From Tubiluchus corallicola (Eukaryota > Animalia > Priapulida): a stretch of DNA of 21,474 bases. Below are positions 11,559-21,474 of the stretch, piece after piece (position 1 is the stretch's first letter; every line of letters starts with the position of its first letter). Under the pieces are notes generated by a model. That model was not told the DNA's origin. It worked only from the letters and a program-made list of their open reading frames with translations, and searched no databases. Position numbers and translations under genes: made by a program. The stretch covers positions 1 to 21,474 of the forward strand of contig JAQGDQ010001906.1 of NCBI GenBank assembly GCA_030141605.1. Direction: 5' to 3'.

Positions 11559-11661
11559 AGGAGTAGTTTTGCAAGTGGACGCCCATCCATTTTAGTACAC
11601 CAGGGTTGACGTTGCTTAACTTCAGTTACTAAGCACGCACTGTGACTACCTAGCTATGCTG
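11559..11661 (-). mobile_element. 5S-derived (possibly tRNA/5S hybrid) SINE head fragment (copy 2)
   Basis: Minus strand GCATAGCTAGGTAGTCACAGTGCGTGCTTAGTAACTGAAGTTAAGCAACGTCAACCCTGGTGTACTAAAATGGATGGGCGTCC resembles the 5S internal control region GAAGTTAAGC...TGGTTAGTACTTGGATGGG. Confidence 0.6.
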
Positions 11662-11914
11662 TCTTAATTCATTTTCCACCGTGCATTACTTTTTTTTAAA
11701 ATCACAATAAAATCTTTTGCCAAATGCGATCATAAAAAACTACATCCGACGTATTTATAAAATGACAAAAATGCAAACTTGTCGTAGTATGGCTCGTGTA
11801 AATGTGTGGGCTTTCATTTTCAGGATGTAAAGAAGCCTATCATTTTCAAGTGAGGCAAGGAAACCTATTACTTTTATATTGTATAGCACTGCAACTTCAC
11901 ACTAGTTATGGGTT

Positions 11915-12356
11915 TTTGGTAGATCAAAACCTTTGGTTAGATCAAACCATTGAGTAGATCAAACCTTTGCGTAGATCAAACCATTGAGTAAATCAAAACC
12001 GTTGACTAGATCAAACCGTTGAGTAGATCAAACCTTTGGGTAGATCAAACCATTGAGTAGATCGAAACCGTTGAGTAGATCGAAACCGTTGACTAGATCA
12101 AACCGTTGAGTAGATCAAGCCTTTGGGTAGATCAAACCGTTGAGTAGATCAAACCTTTGGTAGATCAAACCGTTGAGTAGATTAAACCTTTGGTAGATCA
12201 AAACCGTTGAGAAGACCAAGCCTTTAAGTAGATCAAACCGTTGAGTAGATCAAACGTTTGGGAAGATCAAACTGTTGAATAGATCAAACCGTTGAGTAGA
12301 TCAAACCTTTGGGTAGATCAAACCGTTGAGTAGATTAAACTTTTGGTAGATCAAAA
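11915..12356. repeat. ~17-bp minisatellite, about 25 units of two interleaved variants
   Basis: Units agatcaaaccgttgagt and agatcaaacctttgggt, 16-18 bp long. Confidence 0.95.
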
Positions 12357-12694
12357 CTCGTAATCGGTACTAATGATTTTGAATTTAGCTCTTGTGTATG
12401 AAAAAACGCATTTGGAGGGTCCAAACGCTACACATGTATACTACTAATTAATATTGACTGTTAAGTTCAAATGATTCTTAAATACGTGTAGATTTATTCA
12501 CCGACTTTGAAAACAAAAACCGAAGATAAAGTAGTACCTTTTAACTTTTATTACTGTATCAATAATAAGACATATTTGGAATGTTTGTTTATTTGTTTGT
12601 TGTTAAACATTGTTTATAATAAATATTTATTATAATAACATTCACGTCATTGGTATCAGTGTTGCAGTCAAACCTTTCAACTGAGCAATGTATG

Positions 12695-14094
12695 AAGCCA
12701 CAATGACTCAAACATGAGTTGAGTATTCGATCACTATGGTTCAAACATGAGTTGAGTCTCAAGTGACTATAATTCAAACATGAGTTGAATCTCAAGTCAC
12801 TATGGTTCAAACATGAGTTGAGTCTCAAGTGACTATGGCTCAAACATGAGTTGAGTCTCGAGTCACTATGGTTCAAACATGAGTTGAGTCTCATGTCACT
12901 ATGGTTCAAACATGAGTTGAGTCTCAAGTCACTATGGCTCAAACATGAGTTGAGTCTCAAGTGACTATGGCTCAAACATGAGTTGAGTCTCGAGTCACTA
13001 TGATTCAAACATGAGTTGAGTCTCAAGCCACTATGATTCAAACATGAGTTGAGTCTCAAGTCACTATGGCTGAAACATGAATTGAGTCTCAAGTGGCTAT
13101 GATTCAAACATGAGTTGAGTCTCAAGCCACTATGGTTCAAACATGAGTTGAGTCTCGAGTCACTATGATTCAAACATGAGTTGAGTCTCAAGCCACTATG
13201 ATTCAAACATGAGTTGAGTCTCAAGTCACTATGGCTCAAACATGAGTTGAGTCTCACATCATTATGATTCAAACATGAGTTGAGTCTCAAGTCACTATGG
13301 CTCAAACATGAGTTGAGTCTCAAGTCACTATGGCTCAAACATGAGTTGAGTCTCAAGTGACTATGGCTCAAACATGAGTTGAGTCTCGAGTCACTATGAT
13401 TCAAACATGAGTTGAGTCTCAAGCCACTATGATTCAAACATGAGTTGAGTCTCAAGTCACTATGGCTGAAACATGAATTGAGTCTCAAATGGCTATGATT
13501 CAAACATGAGTTGAGTCTCAAGCCACTATGGTTCAAACATGAGTTGAGTCTCGAGTCACTATGATTCAAACATGAGTTGAGTCTCAAGCCACTATGATTC
13601 AAACATGAGTTGAGTCTCAAGTCACTATGATTCAAACATGAGTTGAGTCTCAAGTCACTATGGTTCAAACATGAGTTGAGTCTCAAGTCACTATGATTCA
13701 AACATGAGTTGAGTCTCAAGTGACTATGATTCAAACATGAGTTGAGTCTCAAGTCACTATGATTCAAACATGAGTTGAGTCTCAAGTCACTATGATTCAA
13801 ACATGAGTTGAGTCTCAAGTCACTATGATTCAAACATGAGTTGAGTCTCATGTCACTATGATTCAAACATGGGTTGAGTCTCAAGTCACTATGATTCAAA
13901 CATGAGTTGAGTCTCAAGTCACTATGATTCAAACATGAGTTGAGTCTCAAGTCACTATGATTCAAACATGAGTTGAGTCTCATGTCACTATGATTCAAAC
14001 ATGAGTTGAGTCTCATGTCACTATGATTCAAACATGAGTTGAGTCTCAAGTCACTATGATTCAAACATGAGTTGAGTCTCAAGTCACCATGGTT
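12695..14094. repeat. 33-bp tandem repeat, about 42 copies
   Basis: Unit aagtcactatgattcaaacatgagttgagtctc with no frameshifting indels; it produces the 513-aa minus-strand ORF. Confidence 0.98.
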
Positions 14095-14487
14095 GCTGTT
14101 GCTGACGTGCAAGATCAATGTTAATTGCAACTTGAGTCAGACTTCTGACTTGCGCCGCAAAGACCCAATGCGTGTTCGAGTCAGAGCGACTCAAAACTTG
14201 GACTTGAACTTGAACCAAAAGGTTTGCAATCTTTCCTGGGACTGCAACATTGGTTCTTGCAAACATCTGCACGTCTCTTAATCATCTTTGCAATAATACA
14301 AAATACTGTAGAAAATTCATTAATTAACAAGGACACAACAATTAACTCACAACAATCATAAAGCATTTGCAATATAAATAGAACAGCACTAATTAAGATC
14401 GTAATTAATTTTAACAGACATAATGAGTTGTTTTGGTTAATTAGTCGGGAATGCGAAGCATTGGGTTACTCGTTTGCTGATGACGTG

Positions 14488-14584
14488 ACGCACACACACG
14501 CGCGCACGCACGCCTGTGCACACATATGCGCACGCACGCACGCACACGCAAACACACACGCACGCACGCATGTATGCACACGTG
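14488..14584. repeat. (CA)n/(CACG)n alternating purine-pyrimidine microsatellite
   Basis: Visible run acgcacacacacgcgcgcacgcacgc...gcacacgtgt. Confidence 0.9.
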
Positions 14585-15360
14585 TAAATTGTACGAACTT
14601 TAGTAACATTCCAGTTTTCAGATGATGCACTTCCGGTGGTTCCTTACCAAGTCGCTCAACAATTTTCCTCCAATAGTGACGTCACAATATGAAAAAGACA
14701 CACCTCCCCTCCCCACCCCACCCACTTACACCCTTCCACAAACAACAGCAACAAGAAAAAGATTTCGGACAATGTTAAAACTGTATAAAAAGACAAACGC
14801 CTGTGGATCTGAGCACTGAGGATCACTAATGCGCAAAAATTCTACGTATTCTTTCCTTTCTGCTCCCAAAATGATGGTATAAATGCGCGAACGTTCTACA
14901 TAGTTTTACAACAATAAGCTGAGTGTTAATAATTTTTTTCACCATTAATCATTATTATGTTATTTAGAACGCCGTTTTTTACAGTTGTCGTAGAATCCCT
15001 TTTTTATGAAGATCTTCCTGTTCTATTCTATTTGCCGAATGAGGATTGTTTAACAAAACTGCCTTATTAAAGAGAATACATTTGCATAACGGCAGCATTG
15101 CAAACTGGTTCACAGAGGAAAACTTTCGTGATTTTCAGTTTCGTTCAGTAAAATCAGCGAGGCACGTGGGAAAACTGTGAGAGTTGAGATGCCTCCTATA
15201 GATGGCAGCATCGTTACATACAGAACGTACTAATAATACAGGCCATATAATTAATATACATTAAGTAGCTATATCACAGAGTATCATTGCTGTTCAAGCA
15301 AAAAATCGTCATGGAGTGAATGGAATTCACAAAAGTAACCCACTCGAACTGTATCACAAG

Positions 15361-16932
15361 TTACTTGAGGTCAAATTTAAATACTTAATCTGTGTTGTTA
15401 CAGATCATTTGAGATCAAATGTAAATGCTTAATCTGTGTTGTTACATGTTATTTCAGATCAAATGTAAATGCTTAATCTGTGTTGTTACATATTATTTGT
15501 GGTCAAATTTAAATACTTAATCTGTGTTGTTACATCTTATTTGAGGTCAAATGTAAATACTTAATCTGTGTTGTTACATATTATTTGTGGTCAAATGTAA
15601 ATGCTTAATCTGTGTTGTTACATATTATTTGTGGTCAAATGTAAATACTTAATCTGTGTTGTTACATATTATTTGAGGTCAAATGTAAATACTTAATCTG
15701 TGTTGTTACATATTATTTGTGGTCAAATGTAAATGCTTAATCTGTTTTGTTACATATTATTTGAGGTCAAATTTAAATACTTAATCTGTGTTGTTACATA
15801 TTATTTGAGGTCAAATGTAAATACTTAATCTGTGTTGTTACATATTATTTGTGGTCAAATGTAAATGCTTAATCTGTGTTGTTACATATTATTTGAGGTC
15901 AAATGTAAATACTTAATCTGTGTTGTTACATATTATTTGAGGTCAAATGTAAATACTTAATCTGTGTTGTTACATATTATTTGTGGTCAAATGTAAATGC
16001 TTAATCTGTGTTGTTACATATTATTTGAAGTCAAATTTAAATACTTAATCTGTGTTGTTACATATTATTTGAGGTCAAATTTAAATACTTAATCTGTGTT
16101 GTTACATATTATTTGAGGTCAAATTTAATCTGTGTTGTTACATATTATTTGAGGCCAAATTTAAATACTTAATCTGTGTTGTTACATATTATTTGAGGTC
16201 AAATTTAAATACTTAATCTGTGTTGTAACAAATTATTTGAGATCAAATTTAAATACTTAATCTGTGTTATTACATATTATTTGAGATCAAATTTAAATAC
16301 TTAATCTGTGTTATTACATATTATTTGAGGTCAATTTTAAATGTTTAATCTGCGTTGTCACACATTATTTGAGGTCAAATTTAAATACTTAATCTGTGTT
16401 GTTACATATTATTTGAGGTCAAATTTAAATACTTAATCTGTGTTGTTACATATTATTTGAGATCAAATTTAAATACTTAATCTGTGTTGTTACATATTAT
16501 TTGAGGTCAAATTTAATCTGTGCTGTTACATACTATTTGAGATCAAATTTAAATACTTAATCTGTGTTGTTACATATTATTTGAGGTCAAATTTAAATAC
16601 TTAATCTGTGTTGTTACATATTATTTGAGATCAAATTTAAATACTTAATCTGTGTTGTTACATATTATTTGAGGTCAAATTTAATCTGTGCTGTTACATA
16701 CTATTTGAGATCAAATTTAAATACTTAATCTGTGTTGTTACATATTATTTGAGGTCAAATTTAATCTGTGCTGTTACATACTATTTGAGATCAAATTTAA
16801 ATACTTAATCTGTGTTGTTACATATTATTTGAGGTCAAATTTAAATACTTAATCTGTGTTGTTACATATTATTTGAGGTCAAATTTAAATACTTAATCTG
16901 TGTTGTTACATATTATTTGAGGTCAAATTTAA
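15361..16932. repeat. 44-bp AT-rich tandem repeat, about 36 units including four 35-bp deletion variants
   Basis: Unit ttatttgaggtcaaatttaaatacttaatctgtgttgttacata. Confidence 0.98.
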
Positions 16933-16937
16933 CTTGT

Positions 16938-17451
16938 GACATAGTTTAAATAGCTTAACTTGACCGCAGTTAACCTTTGACACAGTTCAAGTAGCGCGAC
17001 CTTGACCTCAAATAACCTGTGATGACCCCACAGAAGAAAGACACTTTAACCAAATTTCAGAACTGCACTGACCGCTGACGTCACGACACAATGTGAATGA
17101 GAGACAGAGATATAGTTTAAATAAGTTAATTTGACCTCAGTTGACCTTTGATACAGTTCAAATAGCGCGACCTTGACCTCAAATAACCTGTGATGACCCC
17201 AGAGAAGAAAGACACTTTAACCAAATTTCAGAACTGCACTGAATGCTGACGTCACGACACAATGTGAATAAGAGACAGAGACATAGTTTAAATAAGTTAA
17301 TTTGACCTCTGTTAACCTTTGATACAGTTCAAGTAGCGCGACCTTGACCTCAAATAACCTGTGATGACCTCACAGAAGAAAGACGCTTTAACAAAATTTC
17401 AGAACTGCACTGACCGCTGACGTCACGACACAACGTGAATGAGAGACAGAG
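16938..17451. repeat. 171-bp tandem repeat, 3 copies
   Basis: Units start at 16938, 17109 and 17280; each carries TGACCT motifs and TGACGTCA. Confidence 0.97.
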
Positions 17452-17984
17452 TCTAGCAATGAATCAAAAGCTTAAATTGTCACATTTGCTATTGTGTGTG
17501 ACATGTATCATTGCAACCAAGTAACTCCCAGAGCGGAGCGCAGAGAAGAGCAGGAATCATGACCGAGTTAGGAGGTCATCTAATAATGCAAAAGAAGGCA
17601 GTAATTGTGATCCAGTCTTTCTGTAATTTAGCAGGCTTTTCTGCTAAACTACGGGGACGTATCCAGAGTTCATGACGCTCTAGGCTGATAGTGAAGTTAT
17701 GGCAGTTTATGTAATGAGAGGATTAAACAATTACTTGTGGTGTATTAGAGACACTATTAACCATGTTTCTACGTGGTCATTATCAATTACATGTATTTGC
17801 ATAGCGCTTATAATCAAGCAGGCAGTGCAATTGCTCGTTGTGTAATACCTTGCATCTGTTCGTTATGTGGCACTTATATAAAAGTTGTTCTCAGTAACTG
17901 CCTGTGGTGTGTTATAAAACGCGCCCTTTACATGAATATGAAAGTATACACATTTTCCGAGGAGAATAAGAATTTCTAAAATGT

Positions 17985-18049
17985 GACGCCCCTCAAACTT
18001 CGGCGCCCCAGGCTATAGCCTAGTTAACCTATTGGTTAATATGCCCCTG
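17985..18049. mobile_element. Possible MITE terminus
   Basis: GC-rich gcccctcaaacttcggcgccccaggctatagcctagttaacctattggttaatatgcccctg resembles CAGGGGC-type DNA-transposon ends; no partner end seen. Confidence 0.3.
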
Positions 18050-18451
18050 GTTAAGTAGTATAACTATTAGGAAGAAAATAGCTACAAAACATCCACACAA
18101 TGACTGTGCAGTGGACAGAATCTCCAGATTTTTTTGCTTTAATCTCGGGCCTCCTGTCTCTGAATCCAAACTCACAAGACGTCGGATTTTCTAAGTGATT
18201 GCTTATAAGTAGATACACTTAGGTAACTTACTACTAAGAACTACATAGTACAGACCATAGATAAGAATGTAGTACATTATTATCTATGGTGCAGATAAAA
18301 TAATTTACAGAGACCACAATAATTATTGCCATCCATCTGTTTCCAGAAATATTAGTTTTTGTGGGCGGAGATTTTAGTTGAGAACTTTTTCCTAATAGGT
18401 CTACTAATTTTATGAGATTATGCGTCGTTTCATTACTAGATGTCACTGTCA

Positions 18452-19048
18452 TCACAATATCACGCATTTGTTTCGGCGCAGCGCCCCCTGTATCCGCACG
18501 GCCGTGGGTTTGTGGCCGTAGTCGATGTAGTCGACGGCTTTCATGATTTCCTTAAACAAGTTAACGATGTGCCAGTTGTACTTGGCGGAGCACTCGATGT
18601 ACGGACACTTCCAATGTTTCTTGACGATGTTTACCACCTCCCGCCGCTGCACGTCGCGCGAGTCGCGAGCGTCGTGCTTGTTGCCCACCACGAACACGGG
18701 AACGTTGTGCATGTTCCGACTCTCCACGATTTGTTCGCGAATGTTCTTGATGTACTGGAACGAGTCCTCCTGGGTTATGTCGAACACCAGCACGTAAGCG
18801 GTGGCGCTGCGGAGGCCGTAGAAGCGGAAGTCGGTCCACTCGTACAGCGAGTTGACCGGAAAATACGGAATGACCGGAAGATCGACGATCTTCAGTTCGT
18901 ATATGTGGTCGTTGATGATGACCGAAGGGTAGTAAGTTTGCTTCTGCGCGGTGGTCAAGTGTTCGTCGTCAAATTCATTGTAGACGAATTGACGAATGAT
19001 GGACGTCTTGCCAACTCCATGTGAGCCCAACACCACAACTTTAATCAT
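18452..19048 (-). CDS. RASL10B: Ras-like protein family member 10 (RASL10B-like) small GTPase, 198 aa, uninterrupted ORF
   Basis: G1 GSHGVGKT, variant G3 DLPV, G4 NKHD, G5 SAK, family-typical FPVNSLYEW, WKCPYIECSAKYNWHI and QGALRRNKCVIL (polybasic patch plus CAAX). GC-rich relative to the flanks, GCCATG start, in-frame TGA 21 nt upstream. Confidence 0.93.
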   Translation of the reverse strand: MIKVVVLGSHGVGKTSIIRQFVYNEFDDEHLTTAQKQTYYPSVIINDHIYELKIVDLPVIPYFPVNSLYEWTDFRFYGLRSATAYVLVFDITQEDSFQYIKNIREQIVESRNMHNVPVFVVGNKHDARDSRDVQRREVVNIVKKHWKCPYIECSAKYNWHIVNLFKEIMKAVDYIDYGHKPTAVRIQGALRRNKCVIL

Positions 19049-19680
19049 GGCAACACTGGATAAAAGTCACGTCTTCAAGTCACATTTAACACCAATGTTT
19101 TGATCACGGCAACACTGGATGTAAATTTTCTTCTTTAGGTCATATTTACCACCAAAACATTGATAATGGCAACACTGCATGCAAGATTACGTTATCAAAT
19201 CACATTTAACACCTCTAATTTAACCATGGCTACACTGGATGCAAAATTGTGTCATCAAGTCACATTTAATAAGATCACTCTTTGAGCATGGCAACACTGG
19301 GTGCAAGATTACGTCATCAAGTCACATTTAAACATCGCAAATTTGACCATGGCAACACTGGATGAAAAATACGTCATAAAGTCACATTTAAACATCGCAA
19401 ATTTGACCATGGCAACACTAGATGCAAGATTACGTTATCAAATCGCTTTTAATAACATCACACTTTGACCATGGCAACACTGGATGCAAGATTACGTCAT
19501 CAAGTCACATTTAATAAGATCACTCTTTGACCATGGCAACACTGGGTGCAAGACTACGTCATCAAGTCACATTTAATAAGATCACTCTTTGACCATGGCA
19601 ACACTAGATGCAAGACTACGTCATCAAGTCACATTTTACATCGAAAACTTTGATCATGGCAACACTGGATGGAAGTCACA
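19028..19680. repeat. ~61-bp tandem repeat, 11 copies, overlapping the CDS start
   Basis: The core catggcaacactggat recurs at 19046, 19105, 19165, 19225, 19287, 19348, 19408, 19470, 19532, 19594 and 19655. Confidence 0.95.
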
Positions 19681-19705
19681 CTTACCTGGAAGAAAAATGA
19701 AATTA
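19680..19705 (-). other. Juxtaposed 3' acceptor / 5' donor (ratchet-point-like) splice site
   Basis: Minus strand TAATTTCATTTTTCTTCCAG|GTAAGT, with the junction between 19686 and 19685. Confidence 0.5.
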
Positions 19706-20574
19706 AATTTCTGTAGAAACTTTCAGTTTAAAAAGAAAATCTACCGGGCGGTACTCAAGAAACAATTAGGCAACAAATAAATGAACCGTTGCTATTTTAC
19801 CATTCTTTTGGTGACCGAGCTTAGCATTGCTTAATTTTGGTTATTAAATAACACATCGAGAGTGTCGACCATTAAGCTTGCCAGCATCTGAAAATTCAAT
19901 GGAGTAAAGACGTCATAAATTTACCTGCTGCTGCTACACGCTAATTGTTCTTGGCGATACTGGGCTACCATACGATTGGCGAAAAGCTTAAAATGGCCTC
20001 GCGCACGTGGCGTTTAAGTACGTGGCCTTCCGTCTGCCTTTTGTCCCGAGTTTTAGTCCTCTGAGTCTGAGTCTAACCATATTGCACAGCCTTCCATTTT
20101 ATCAATATTATTGGAGGTGTGGAATGAGTTTAAAGGACAAGAAAAGGGGCACCTGAAGTAGGTTTCAGAAAAATCACTTTACAAATTACATCATTTTTAT
20201 GCGTATCGTACTAGCGGTGAAGGATTTTTTGTTTGTTTTTTTGAAATGTGCCTGTTCAGGGCGCCATTACATGACGTCACTATGCACAACGTAAATCAGG
20301 GGAAGAAAAGGAAATGCTAAATTATGTCCCAAAAAACTTTCCATGCAAATCTATATTACTTAGCATTTCGCTTACCTGCTGGAAAGACTTATGTGACTAG
20401 AAAAGAAAATTATTAATTATTTAAAATGTTTTCACCAATTGGTAAAACGTCGCTGACTCACCCTCCAGGGTGCACCACTCACTAGCCAAAAACGTGTTTT
20501 TAATCTCATTAACAAGATGCAGTAATTTAAAATTTTAATTATCAACATGTATGCTACGAATGCTCTGATTATTT

Positions 20575-20703
20575 TTCAAACTTTACTTAATGTTATGTTA
20601 AACTTGTTTCAAAAGGCTTACCGTTAAAATGGCTGCGCCTAATGGTCAGTGCGGGAGTCTAAATTTACTAGTTTTTACAACGTTACTGTTAATACAAGCC
20701 CTG
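20575..20703. mobile_element. Dispersed repeat, likely a DNA-transposon terminus (copy 2)
   Basis: Homologous to 3790-3919. Confidence 0.65.
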
Positions 20704-21103
20704 TGGACAATAAGACAGCGTGTAAGTGGCACAAATGTTATCAACCTTGTCCGTACACAATTGGTATGTATTCAAAAATGTTTAAAGGACTTAGGAGGCT
20801 TGAAATTAAACGTCCTCACCCCCCCCCCGCCTCGTACTGTTAGGGATCGTGGACTTCCCTTATTGCTGAAAATACGTTTGCTGTTATTGGATGAGGAGGT
20901 ACTGAATACAGAAGAGATTACTTCCTCCCAGGGTATTTGCACGTTGCATTATGATGAAGCGAAATAAAGGCAAAGCGACTGATCATATCAGCTCCTCGCT
21001 CCGTCCCTTGATTAAACCAAAGGCATATTGTGTCCATTGAAATCATCAACGCGCCGATATCAAAGCGGACAGGAATCATAGACCGGAAGTAATGAGCTTA
21101 TGA

Positions 21104-21435
21104 CGTAGATATTGATTTCCTCTTGTAATATATATTCATAATCTTATTCATTATCTTAGCAATAGCTGTATGACAATGTAGCAAAACACATAGCATTTCT
21201 ACGATATCTCGAAAAATGTATCTAAAAGTGTTTTAGCATACATGTTGGAGACAGAAGTGTTTTACCGTAGATATTGATATCATCTTGTAAGATATATTCA
21301 TAATCTTGCATGTATTCATAATCTTGCATATACATTCATAATCTTATTCATTATCTTATCACTAGCTGTATGACAATGTAGCAAAAAAATGTATCAAAAA
21401 TGTTTTAGCATAGATGTTGGAGTCAGCAGTGTTTT
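21104..21435. repeat. Imperfect direct duplication of about 160 bp, 2 copies
   Basis: cgtagatattgat...tgttggag.cag.agtgtttt at 21104 and 21266. The second copy has an internal triplication of attcataatctt and a deletion. Confidence 0.9.
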
Positions 21436-21474
21436 GTTACCCACTTTTTTTGTAATTACTGTTTAAAAAATATC

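Noticed and set aside
11559-11661. Functional 5S rRNA gene
   Set aside because: Only the internal control region is similar; the 5' and 3' ends do not match and the copy is degenerate.
18440-19024. 194-aa plus-strand ORF and the other ORFs overlapping the GTPase
   Set aside because: Antisense or alternate-frame shadows of a GC-rich CDS with no recognisable motifs.
20990-21110. Possible promoter (CCGGAAGT ETS-like motif, CpGs)
   Set aside because: Isolated short motifs expected by chance; no TSS evidence.

Overview
Eukaryotic, probably invertebrate animal, AT-rich and repeat-dense genomic DNA; nothing here looks prokaryotic. There is one credible protein-coding sequence, a RASL10-family small GTPase in a single uninterrupted ORF (18452..19048, minus strand). 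The rest is tandem arrays (92, 61, 43, ~17, 33, 44, 171 and ~61 bp units) and transposon remnants: a hAT-type MITE with TIRs and a TSD, two LINE 3' ends, 5S-derived SINE pieces, a possible solo LTR and a pogo/Tigger-like MITE end. Four observations stand out. (1) The GTPase start codon and a candidate splice acceptor are tandemly amplified 11 times and capped by an AG|GTAAGT ratchet-like site. (2) Two Penelope-type minimal hammerhead ribozyme modules lie in inverted orientation around a 43-bp satellite built from their own TATA segment. (3) An LTR-like element has a heat-shock-element cluster directly upstream of a TATA box. (4) The 44-bp satellite is an inverted sub-piece of the neighbouring 171-bp repeat. 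All calls were made by eye and no database searches were run.
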